This document shows positions 28,875 to 37,963 of a stretch of DNA of 43,660 nucleotides, one piece after another. The DNA is from Candidatus Micrarchaeota archaeon. Lineage in GTDB: Archaea > Micrarchaeota > Micrarchaeia > Micrarchaeales > CABMGC01. The stretch's first letter is position 1. Each line of letters opens with the position of its first letter. The stretch is taken from the NCBI GenBank assembly GCA_021848095.1, contig JAJZMZ010000024.1, forward strand, positions 1 to 43,660, written 5' to 3'. The position numbers were made by a program, and so were the translations under genes. The notes below the pieces were generated by a model that was given only the letters and a program-made list of their open reading frames with translations, searched no databases and had not been told where the DNA came from.

Positions 28875-29824
28875 GAACATCAAAGTACTTTGCATTTTTT
28901 TATCTGTCTATGGGATTTCTTCCTTTGCTTTTTTTCTTACTTTTAGTTTCTACAGTTTACAATTACATATACTACAAAGAGTTACTTGTTTTAACAGGAG
29001 TTGATTTAATTGTATTTTCAGTTTTAGGCCTTTTAGAGATATATAAAAGAACTGAAAAAATAAAAACGAACACATTAGTTAAAAATTATATCAATACTGT
29101 AAAAAGTAATGATTACTCAATAATAGTTGGCGGATTTGACACTAAATCGAAGGAGATAAAGCAAAAACAATACAAAGTAAATGTCAATAAATACACATCT
29201 GTTTTAGATGTCCTCTTGCAAGTTAAGAAAAAACAACAAAACTCCCTCGCTGTAAGATACAGTTGTAGAATGGGAATATGTGGTTCATGTGGAATGGTAA
29301 TAAATGGAAAACCCGCTTTAGCTTGTGAAACTAACTTTATGAAAGTATCGAAAGATAAAGTAGTTACAGCTGAACCAATGCAAGCACACCCAATAGTTAA
29401 AGATTTGGTTACAGAGTTTAAAGATTTCTTTGATAAACACAGTAGTGTTGAACCACATTTAATAAGAGAAAATGTAAAGGAACAGATGACTGGAAAAACA
29501 CCTTATGATCAAAAACCAAGTGAGACAAATAAGTTCCTCCCATATTCATACTGTATAATGTGTGGTTTGTGTAATGATGCATGTCCTGTTGCTAACTCGA
29601 ATCCAGAGTTCTTAGGGCCGCAGGCATTGTCTCAAGCTTACAGATATCAAATGGACTCGAGAGATCAAAGTGAGGGCAGATTAACAGCTATAGATAAATT
29701 AACTGGATTATGGGGCTGTGAGTTTGCAGGCGCATGTTCTAAAGCATGTCCAAAAGGAGTAGATCCTGCATCTGCAATACAGTTGCTAAAGTTATCAACT
29801 GTCGAAGATGATTTGAAAAAATAA
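28871..29824 (+). CDS. sdhB: Succinate dehydrogenase / fumarate reductase Fe-S subunit with N-terminal 2-TM extension
   Basis: CRMGICGSC..C (2Fe-2S), CIMCGLCNDACP (4Fe-4S), CEFAGACSKACP (3Fe-4S); the first ~60 aa are two TMs. Confidence 0.93.
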   Translation: MRTSKYFAFFYLSMGFLPLLFFLLLVSTVYNYIYYKELLVLTGVDLIVFSVLGLLEIYKRTEKIKTNTLVKNYINTVKSNDYSIIVGGFDTKSKEIKQKQYKVNVNKYTSVLDVLLQVKKKQQNSLAVRYSCRMGICGSCGMVINGKPALACETNFMKVSKDKVVTAEPMQAHPIVKDLVTEFKDFFDKHSSVEPHLIRENVKEQMTGKTPYDQKPSETNKFLPYSYCIMCGLCNDACPVANSNPEFLGPQALSQAYRYQMDSRDQSEGRLTAIDKLTGLWGCEFAGACSKACPKGVDPASAIQLLKLSTVEDDLKK

Positions 29825-29841
29825 AAATAATGGTGTAAAAA

Positions 29842-31221
29842 ATGAAGCATAGATTAGAAAAGGATGCGATGGGAAGTATGGAGGTACCGTTTGATGCATA
29901 TTATGGTTCAGAGACATTTAGGACTATACAACACTTTAAAATATCAGGTCAAAAGGTAGATCTTGCATTAGTACACACATATGCAAAAGTTAAAAAAGCA
30001 ACTGCAACGGCAAATATGCGTGCAGGTAAATTAGATAAAGAAAAAGCAAATGCAATAATAAAAGCATGTGATGAAGTAATGTCAGGAAAGTTTGATGACC
30101 AATTTATTTTAGATCCTTTTCAAGCTGGAGCTGGAACAAGTTTAAACATGAATGTCAATGAAGTTGTAGCAAATATAGCAATAGAAAAATTAAATGGTAA
30201 AAGGGGTAATTACAAAATAGTTCATCCTAATGATCACGTAAATATGTCACAATCAACAAATGACACATATCCAACCACAGTAAATATAACATGTTACTCA
30301 CTTTTACATGAGTTATTATTACCAGTTTTGAAAAGTTTAGAAAAATCCTTTGACAAAAAAAGTATTGAGTTTTCAAAAATAATTAAGATTGGAAGAACAC
30401 ATTTACAAGATGCAGTGCCTATGAAGTTAGGAGAGGAGTTTGAAGCTTATTCAGGAGCTATTAAAAAATCAATAGAAAGTATTGAAAAATCTTCTTACTT
30501 TTTATTAGAAGTTCCCATAGGAGGAACAGCTGTTGGAACTGGATTAAATACAGGAAAGGAGTATCAAAAATTTGTTCTTGAAGAACTTAAAAAAGTAACT
30601 GGATTAAAATTAAGAAGAGCTAACTCCGTATTTACAGATATGTCTTTTAGACAAGATCAATTAGAACTTGCCAACTCACTTTTAACAACATCTGTTTTAT
30701 TAACAAAAATAGCCAATGACTTAAGATTACTTAGTTCTGGTCCTAGAACAGGAATTTCAGAGATAATACTACCTTCTGTACTCCCAGGTTCATCTATTAT
30801 GCCAGGAAAGATAAATCCAAGCATAGTTGAGATGTTGAATATGGTATGTTATAGGGTTATGGGTTCTGCAAGTACAGTTGCTGGAGCAGTTTCTGGAGCG
30901 CAGTTGGAGTTAAATGTATTCACTCCTGTAATTTCATATGAGTTAATAAACTCAATAAGAATACTTTCAAATGCAGTAAAGGCTTTTGATGTACAGTGTG
31001 TAAGAGGAATAAAAGCTAATACAAAAAATATTAATAAATATATAGAGATGGATCTTGAGGTAGTAACAGCATTAAATCAATACATAGGATACTCAAAGGC
31101 AGCACAGATAGCAAATATAGCATTAAAGGAAAATAAAAGCATACTACAGGTTTGTATTGAAAGAAAGATATTAGATAAAGAAACCTTAGAAAAAGTACTT
31201 AACCCTAAAAATGAGGTATGA
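29842..31221 (+). CDS. Aspartate ammonia-lyase / class II fumarase family
   Basis: GRTHLQDA, GSSIMPGKINP, HPNDHVN.SQSTND; QAGAGTSLNMN and QLELNV lean towards aspartase. Confidence 0.88.
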   Translation: MKHRLEKDAMGSMEVPFDAYYGSETFRTIQHFKISGQKVDLALVHTYAKVKKATATANMRAGKLDKEKANAIIKACDEVMSGKFDDQFILDPFQAGAGTSLNMNVNEVVANIAIEKLNGKRGNYKIVHPNDHVNMSQSTNDTYPTTVNITCYSLLHELLLPVLKSLEKSFDKKSIEFSKIIKIGRTHLQDAVPMKLGEEFEAYSGAIKKSIESIEKSSYFLLEVPIGGTAVGTGLNTGKEYQKFVLEELKKVTGLKLRRANSVFTDMSFRQDQLELANSLLTTSVLLTKIANDLRLLSSGPRTGISEIILPSVLPGSSIMPGKINPSIVEMLNMVCYRVMGSASTVAGAVSGAQLELNVFTPVISYELINSIRILSNAVKAFDVQCVRGIKANTKNINKYIEMDLEVVTALNQYIGYSKAAQIANIALKENKSILQVCIERKILDKETLEKVLNPKNEV

Positions 31222-31223
31222 AT

Positions 31224-31865
31224 TTACAATCTTATCGAGTAAGTATGTCGGTATACTTTTTTACCATGTTTAACTCCATATAGAGTATAAGAGTTTACGG
31301 TTTCTAGATTATGTGAAGATATATATGCAGATGCGAGTTTTTTATTGCTAAGATACACATCATATCCATTGTCAGCTTCCTTTACTTTTGCTATGAATTC
31401 ACCTCTTCTTTCAAAGTATTTATTTACTCGATCTATGAAACGTTCCATTCTTTCTTTGTTTCCGCGAAGTTGCATTACAGCTTCATAGTAAGAACCTGCT
31501 CTTCTACTACAACTCTCACATAACATTTTTTTAAATCTTAACTCTATTTTTTTCTCTACTGGTATTACTTCGCCATTTTTGTCTTTTCCAAATGATACAT
31601 CAGCTGTAGAGTCATCAACATTATAATCAATAAGTATTATTTTATAATTTTTAAATGCTGATTGTATTACTTCTTGCATATTCTGTCCAGTATCCTTTAC
31701 AAACTTTCCTTGAAGACGTATCTTTCCGCAGTTTTTACATAAAATAACTTCAGTAGATTCAGGAAGTGCTTCAGAGATATCTTTTTCTACACAATTTTTA
31801 CAAAACTGACCGTAGAACTGTACAGTATCGCTTGTTTTACCGCATTTTGGACAACGTTTACTCAT
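31224..31865 (-). CDS. nmd3: NMD3 family ribosome biogenesis protein
   Basis: Four CxxC pairs; C..CSR..GSYYEAVMQLRG; YRHTYSIRL. Confidence 0.9.
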   Translation of the reverse strand: MSKRCPKCGKTSDTVQFYGQFCKNCVEKDISEALPESTEVILCKNCGKIRLQGKFVKDTGQNMQEVIQSAFKNYKIILIDYNVDDSTADVSFGKDKNGEVIPVEKKIELRFKKMLCESCSRRAGSYYEAVMQLRGNKERMERFIDRVNKYFERRGEFIAKVKEADNGYDVYLSNKKLASAYISSHNLETVNSYTLYGVKHGKKVYRHTYSIRL

Positions 31866-31941
31866 TTCTAAACCAATTAACTAACATATTCTGTATATTT
31901 AGATATATCTATCTTACTACAAAATTAAAAATAGTAAGAAC

Positions 31942-33579
31942 TTACTCTTTTTTACTGTCTTCTGATTTTGAGTAGTGTCTTGAGATTATTGCGCCATACG
32001 CAGGTCTTGTTACTAATGCACCTAACAAAGCACCTAGTATTGTTGATTCTGCAAAACCTATGACAGTAACTAGTGATGAAGAGAACAACAATGGCATCAT
32101 AGCTATTACAAGAAGTATCGCATCAGCCCAGACAACGTAGAAAGCATGATGTAACTTTGATTTTATGCTTGCACCACTACCGCTTCCAGTTATTGTTTCA
32201 TCAGTTATTATAATCTGTGCGTCTACTCCTGTACCTACTACTGCAATCATACCGGCTACAGCTGATAAATCAATTGTACCAACTAAACCTATTACAGAAG
32301 TAATTATGAATAACTCAGCTACTGTAGTAAATATAATTGGTAGTATAAGAAACATCTTTTTATAACGTATTACAATAGTTATAGTTACTGCTAAAACAGC
32401 TAGAAGAATAGCTATTACGCTTATTATCTCGAACTGCGAACCTAGAGTAGGAGGTGTAGTGAATGGTGTTCCTACAATTACCTTAACTGGAAGTGCACCT
32501 CCAGTAAGTACGCTTGCTATTGTAGTAGACTCATTAACAGCTGTATTGAGTTTGTCTTGAACAGTTGTGCCAGTTGTTACAGCTCCATTAATTTGATATG
32601 CTTCATTTATTTGACCAGATGTAATACCTGGAGAAAGTACAGGAGCTGATAATAAACCTACTGCAGGCCATGTTTGAACAACGAGTGATGAAGTTGTTGA
32701 AGAGTTTGAGGCTTCATTTATAAATTGTGGAAGTAGTTGTTGTTGTGTTTTATAAACAACTGTGTAATTCATATTTGTAAGATTTTGAATTATTGAAGAA
32801 GGAGTGTTGTTAGCTAATATAACTTGATTGAAACGGTTTTTACTTTCATTGAAAAATGGATATAATGTTTTCCAGTTATTTCCATTTGAGCTTAATAACT
32901 GTACTGGAATTGTTTGCGAGCCGTACTGTAATGCAGTATTAATTGCTTTTATCTCTGCGGATTGTGTTGGAGCTAATCCAACTGAAACATTAGATGCAGC
33001 TAAGCTCAATAAAGATGAGTTTAATAATAAAATTGTGTTTGTAGGCCTGTCAAGATACATGTATATTGGTTTGTTTGCTTGGCCAAATGCTACCTTTGAA
33101 AACTTTTCAGCGCCCGTTTGTGTAACATAGAAGTTTACTTGCCAGGTTGCATTATTTCCACTGACACTTTGTGATGGCTGAATTCCTCCAGTACTACCGC
33201 CTAAGATATCAGAACCATTTATTGCGTCTTTGCCATTAACTATTCCTTCAAATATTCCTTGCTTTTGTATTACTGCAATTGTACTGTTTATGTCAGTTTC
33301 AGCAACTGACGGTATTATTATGTAAACCTCTGAGTTCCCTACACCCTCAATAGTAACTTGCTTCAAACCGAAAGTTGAAATTCTTTGTTGTAAGTTACTA
33401 ATTACAGAACTCATTACAGTAGGATTTACTTGTGTTTGAAGTGTTATAGGTATCTCTGTTCCACCAATAAACTCAGTTCCTAAATGTATTCCTGAAAATG
33501 CATCTGCAGTTCCTAAAAGTAATAAAAATATAATTAATGCAATTATTCTTTTGTCTTTTAAATAATTTATAACTGACAT
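31942..33579 (-). CDS. secD: Protein translocase subunit SecD (archaeal)
   Basis: LGTEFIGG, GALPV, PTLG, GTGVDAQIII; 1+5 TM layout. Confidence 0.92.
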   Translation of the reverse strand: MSVINYLKDKRIIALIIFLLLLGTADAFSGIHLGTEFIGGTEIPITLQTQVNPTVMSSVISNLQQRISTFGLKQVTIEGVGNSEVYIIIPSVAETDINSTIAVIQKQGIFEGIVNGKDAINGSDILGGSTGGIQPSQSVSGNNATWQVNFYVTQTGAEKFSKVAFGQANKPIYMYLDRPTNTILLLNSSLLSLAASNVSVGLAPTQSAEIKAINTALQYGSQTIPVQLLSSNGNNWKTLYPFFNESKNRFNQVILANNTPSSIIQNLTNMNYTVVYKTQQQLLPQFINEASNSSTTSSLVVQTWPAVGLLSAPVLSPGITSGQINEAYQINGAVTTGTTVQDKLNTAVNESTTIASVLTGGALPVKVIVGTPFTTPPTLGSQFEIISVIAILLAVLAVTITIVIRYKKMFLILPIIFTTVAELFIITSVIGLVGTIDLSAVAGMIAVVGTGVDAQIIITDETITGSGSGASIKSKLHHAFYVVWADAILLVIAMMPLLFSSSLVTVIGFAESTILGALLGALVTRPAYGAIISRHYSKSEDSKKE

Positions 33580-34728
33580 TTATCTCTCCTTTCTTTTTTT
33601 GAAGTAAAGTATCATGGCTGCGTTTCCGAACCATGTAGTAAATACGTCTCCGATTAAACCGAATAACACAACTCCTGCTATTTCATAATATGTTGGAACA
33701 TACGCAAATATTGAAACTACAAACAAAACTCCGAACGAAACTATGGCTGTTGTTGTCATAGTTATACCTGTTTTCATTGATGCGTAAGCTCTATCTTCTG
33801 GTGTTCCTTCGTGTCTCTTCATTATTCTTACTGCTGTTAATACATCTGTGTCTATTGAGTAACCTATCAACATAAGAAGTCCACCAATACTTGCTATACC
33901 CAAAGGTATTCCAAATAATGCCATTGCTCCTAATGCAAAGATCATATCATTTGCAGCGCCAAAAATTACTGCGAATGCAGGACCAACTGATCTGAATATA
34001 AAGAAAACTATAATTGAAATAAGTATGAATGCAGTTAGTATTACAAACTCTAACTGTGATAAGAAGTAACTACCCAGTGTAGGCGTTAACTGTTGATAAG
34101 AATAATGATTAAAGTTGACTAATTTATGAAGCTCTGATAAAATACTATTTTTGTAAATTGCACTTGCATTAGAGTAGGAGTTTTGTGCTAATGTATTTAA
34201 GTATCCAGGATCACTCGAGTTGATTTGTTTTTTACCTATGAATGGTTGTAGGTAATTTAACTCAGAAACAACCGTGCTTTTCATACCTACAATTGAAGCA
34301 TTTAAAGCTGATTGATTTTGATACAACAAAGTCTGAAGTGTTTTGTTTGAAGGTTGTTTTTTTAATGACTCAGATAATAAAGTTGCGTTAAGTTCTCTAG
34401 ATGAGTAGTTTTGGTTATAATCATAAAATGCAAGAAGTGAGCTTTCTGCCTTTGAGATGCTTTGGTTAAGTGTTAATGTTATTTGTATGCCTCCAGGGCT
34501 GTTTTGAATCGATGGAGCATGTGTATGAAGTGCTGATGATAACTCTGAAGATAATTGTGAAGGTACTACTGAAGAGTTTGTTTGTAATGTTATACTTATT
34601 CCTCCGCTTAATGTTGAGTCAAAACTCAAGTGAGTAGACATTATTAAACCAAAAATAAGTAGTATTAATGGAAGTACTATCAGGTACTTAGCGTTTTTAT
34701 GCTTGTAAATATTAGGTAAGGTTGCCAT
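33580..34728 (-). CDS. secF: Protein translocase subunit SecF (archaeal)
   Basis: LSGG, PTLG, FIFRS, LMLIGYSIDTDVL, TTWFGNA. Confidence 0.92.
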   Translation of the reverse strand: MATLPNIYKHKNAKYLIVLPLILLIFGLIMSTHLSFDSTLSGGISITLQTNSSVVPSQLSSELSSALHTHAPSIQNSPGGIQITLTLNQSISKAESSLLAFYDYNQNYSSRELNATLLSESLKKQPSNKTLQTLLYQNQSALNASIVGMKSTVVSELNYLQPFIGKKQINSSDPGYLNTLAQNSYSNASAIYKNSILSELHKLVNFNHYSYQQLTPTLGSYFLSQLEFVILTAFILISIIVFFIFRSVGPAFAVIFGAANDMIFALGAMALFGIPLGIASIGGLLMLIGYSIDTDVLTAVRIMKRHEGTPEDRAYASMKTGITMTTTAIVSFGVLFVVSIFAYVPTYYEIAGVVLFGLIGDVFTTWFGNAAMILYFKKRKER

Positions 34729-34809
34729 TAAATCAAATCATTATGCACATTATTCTAATTAAATATTAATCAATTTTACTTTTTTACTTTTAGATAAAGA
34801 CAGAAGTAT

Positions 34810-35115
34810 TTATCCGTATTTCTTCATAAGCTTTGTGTGTAAAGCTGTTACAAAACCATATATTACAATCATTAATGATAATATAAGTATCGCAAAGCCC
34901 ATCCCAAACTGTAAAGTGTAACCTAAAGTAGGCTGAAGTATTATTATCATACCTAAAACAAAAAGGTATATGCCCCAGTATATTGATTGGAATATGTGCC
35001 AACCTGAATGTCTTTCTCTATAATGAAGTACTCTTTTCATATAAGCTTCAGGGTTCATTGAACTTGAACTTCCTAAATGCGTGTCGTTAGTATGAAGATT
35101 TTCCCTTCTTGCCAT
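34810..35115 (-). CDS. Small 2-TM membrane protein
   Basis: ATG at 35115 with GGTGA RBS; two hydrophobic helices. Confidence 0.75.
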   Translation of the reverse strand: MARRENLHTNDTHLGSSSSMNPEAYMKRVLHYRERHSGWHIFQSIYWGIYLFVLGMIIILQPTLGYTLQFGMGFAILILSLMIVIYGFVTALHTKLMKKYG

Positions 35116-35234
35116 CTTTTCACCAAACATTAAGTATTAAACCTGAAGATATTTAAAAGATATGTATTTTATTAGAGAACATTAACTCAATAAAAAATAA
35201 AATAATTAAATAAAAAACTTAAATAAATTTAAAA

Positions 35235-37652
35235 TCAATCGCACTTCGTGTAACCACAAGCTTTACAGACGTAACAGCCATTTTCATGAACTACTGTTTT
35301 GTCATTACATTTTATACAAAGCTCCATCTCTATTTCATTAGATGTTTTATCTGTTATTGGAAGTTGTTGGCCTGTTTTTATTCCATTAGAAACCGTACCT
35401 TGAGTGCCTAAAGGTTCAGCATATATAGGTCGTGTCATTCCTGACATTATCTCAAGTGCTTTTGCTATTGCATCAGGTATACTATATAATTTTATACCAT
35501 GATCCCATGAAATTGATGAGTTTGCTTTGATTCCTTTCAAACTGGAAACAACTTCTTGAAGATTTCCTCCAACTTGTAGGTATTTACTTATTAGCCTGCC
35601 CATAGCTTCACAGTAACTTTTCTCATCGCTTCCTGTTTTACCTAAGTTTATGAAAACTTCTTTGACCTCTTCATTATCAAAGTTAGCTGTTACATACAAA
35701 GGACCTTGTGGTAATGACATTCTTAATGTGTGTCCAGAAACCATTCTTGGTCTTTCCCAAGGTTCTAATGAGAAGTTACTTTCTACTTCAGGAACTTCTT
35801 TAGCTTTTGTTTCTTTCTTAGCTTCTTTCTTCTCAGCTTCTTCATTTGTTATCAATATACCTTCTCTTGAGCCTTCTCTGTAAACTGTTATGCCTTTGCA
35901 TCCTGCTTTCCACGCTTGCATGTATATCTCTCCTACTTGCTCAGATGTTGTTTCTCTAGGGAGATTTACTGTAGATGAAATTGCACTGTCTATGTGTTTT
36001 TGTATTACTCCTTGCATCTTTACTCTGAACTGAGCTTCTATCTTGTGAGCAGGTATGAAGAAATCCGGAAGATCTTTTTCCTCTGAAATATTGTTTAACT
36101 GCATGTATTTATTTGCTAATGGATGATAAACCTTGAAGAGTCCTTGACTTAATGACTCCGATCTTCTTGTATAACTAAAGGCAAACACAGGTTCTACTCC
36201 GCTTGATGTTCCTGAAAGTACAGAACCGCTTCCTACAGGTGGTACAGTTAAGATAGCTACATTTCTTAAGCCATAGTTTCTTATCTTTTCTTTTGTTTCA
36301 GGAGCTAGTGTTTTTATAAACTCCATAGATAAGTGCTTTTCTTTATCGAATAATGGGAATGAGCCTTTCTCCTTAGCTATCTCTATACTTTCATCGTAAG
36401 CTATTGTTTTTAGTTTATTGAATAAGTCATCAACAAAGGCTAGCGCTCTATCCGAGTCGTACTTTATGCCTAGCTTTATGAGCATGTCCCCTAGTGCCGT
36501 TACTCCTACTCCTATTCTTCTGCTGTTCCTAGCCGCGAGGTTTTGTGCCTCTAGTGGGTGCTTTCCATCGTTGTAATCTAGAACATCATCTAAAAATCTT
36601 ACTGAGTATCTAGTTGCCTTTTCAAATGTTTGCCAGTCAAATGTTGCTTTAGGGGTAAACTCATTAATTACAAATGAAGCTAAATTAAGATTACCTAAGT
36701 CGCAAGCACCATAAGGCTGAAGAGGTTGCTCTGAGCAAGGATTTGTTGTTATTACATTCATGTCATTGTATTCACTAGGTGAGAATCTCTTTACTGTATC
36801 CCAAAAAATTAAACCTGGTTCTGCCCAGTCTCTTGCTGAGATTATTAATTGATTCCATAACTCTCTTGCATTTACACTCTTTTCTATTTTACCCTTTGAA
36901 GCATTTTCATATCTTAACGCAAACATCTTGTTTCCTTCTACAGCACGCATGAACTCATCAGTTATACGTACGCTTATGTTTGCATATCTTACATTTGTCA
37001 AGTCTTTTTTAATATTTATGAAGTTAAGTACATCAGGATGATCAACGCTTATTGTTATCATCAATGCACCTCTTCTTCCGCTTTGTCCTATTGTATGAGT
37101 TGTTTCACTAAAAATATTCATGAATGAAACTGAACCTGTTGAGTATACTGCTGAGTTATTTACTGGGGCACCCTTTGGTCTAAGAATGCTTATGTCAGTA
37201 CCTACTCCACCACCATAACTGTAGGTTCTTGCTGCTTCTTTACACCAATCAAAAATTGACTCTATTGAATCAGATTTGATAGGTATTACATAACAATTTA
37301 GAAGTGTTGCTTTTCTCTTTTGTCCTGCGCCGAACATTATTCTTCCTCCTGGTAAGAATCTGAAATCGCTAAGTAGCCATTTGAACTTCTCGGTCCACTC
37401 TGAGACCTTTTCTGGAGATGTTTCTGCCTTTGCTATCTCACTTGAAACTCTATCCCACATCTCTGGAGGTGTTTTTTCTATAGTTTTACCTGTGAGATCT
37501 TTAAATGCGTACTTTTCATAAAAAACTCTTGAACGTATCTCGTCCCCATTAAAAAAATCTAATGTTTCCTTAGGTAACTCGACAACACCTTTTTGTTCGT
37601 TGAGTTCAATTGTTTTCTCGACCACTTCAATATTTTTTTCGCCTTCCGCCAT
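35235..37652 (-). CDS. nrdJ: Class II (adenosylcobalamin-dependent) ribonucleotide reductase with C-terminal TSCPD-like domain and Zn ribbon
   Basis: PGGRI, NCY, GGVG, RRGALM, NPCSEQ, ACDLG, SSGVEP, ISSTVN, KGITVYR; terminal CxxC...CxxC; no ATP cone. Confidence 0.95.
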   Translation of the reverse strand: MAEGEKNIEVVEKTIELNEQKGVVELPKETLDFFNGDEIRSRVFYEKYAFKDLTGKTIEKTPPEMWDRVSSEIAKAETSPEKVSEWTEKFKWLLSDFRFLPGGRIMFGAGQKRKATLLNCYVIPIKSDSIESIFDWCKEAARTYSYGGGVGTDISILRPKGAPVNNSAVYSTGSVSFMNIFSETTHTIGQSGRRGALMITISVDHPDVLNFINIKKDLTNVRYANISVRITDEFMRAVEGNKMFALRYENASKGKIEKSVNARELWNQLIISARDWAEPGLIFWDTVKRFSPSEYNDMNVITTNPCSEQPLQPYGACDLGNLNLASFVINEFTPKATFDWQTFEKATRYSVRFLDDVLDYNDGKHPLEAQNLAARNSRRIGVGVTALGDMLIKLGIKYDSDRALAFVDDLFNKLKTIAYDESIEIAKEKGSFPLFDKEKHLSMEFIKTLAPETKEKIRNYGLRNVAILTVPPVGSGSVLSGTSSGVEPVFAFSYTRRSESLSQGLFKVYHPLANKYMQLNNISEEKDLPDFFIPAHKIEAQFRVKMQGVIQKHIDSAISSTVNLPRETTSEQVGEIYMQAWKAGCKGITVYREGSREGILITNEEAEKKEAKKETKAKEVPEVESNFSLEPWERPRMVSGHTLRMSLPQGPLYVTANFDNEEVKEVFINLGKTGSDEKSYCEAMGRLISKYLQVGGNLQEVVSSLKGIKANSSISWDHGIKLYSIPDAIAKALEIMSGMTRPIYAEPLGTQGTVSNGIKTGQQLPITDKTSNEIEMELCIKCNDKTVVHENGCYVCKACGYTKCD

Positions 37653-37883
37653 TTAAACACCAATTCCAGTTGTTGTGAATAAATATTTTACTTAAGTTTA
37701 AATAACTTACCTAGTTCGATGTTTATGCTAATGCCTTTTTTTTCAAATATTTGGTAAAGTATTTTTAACATCGACAAACCCTCTAAAATTAGATTAGTGG
37801 AAAAACAACAAAAAAAACGAAAAATATATTAATATATCAAGATTATTTGATACTTTCTTTACTTTAGAAATAATTAAATAGAA

Positions 37884-37954
37884 TGGAGGTACAGGGAATC
37901 GAACCCAGGTCTTCACCGTGTAAAGGTGACGTCCTACCATTAGACTATACCTCC
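37884..37954 (-). tRNA. tRNA-Val(UAC), intronless
   Basis: Reverse complement GGAGGTA-TA-GTCT-AATGGTA-GGAC-G-TCACC-TTTACAC-GGTGA-AGAC-CTGGG-TTCGATT-CCCTG-TACCTCC-A; 71 nt. Confidence 0.93.
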
Positions 37955-37963
37955 TTTGCTTTT

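Noticed and set aside
12983-31221. Stop-codon reassignment or selenocysteine readthrough
   Set aside because: TGA, TAG and TAA all end conserved genes at the expected positions (e.g. pdhB TGA, pdhA TAG, lpdA TAA).
34790-35002. 70-aa alternate-frame ORF
   Set aside because: Overlaps the better-supported 2-TM gene, which has a GGTGA RBS.
37653-37883. Cobalamin riboswitch upstream of nrdJ
   Set aside because: The region is very AT-rich, with no recognisable B12-box or stable stems.
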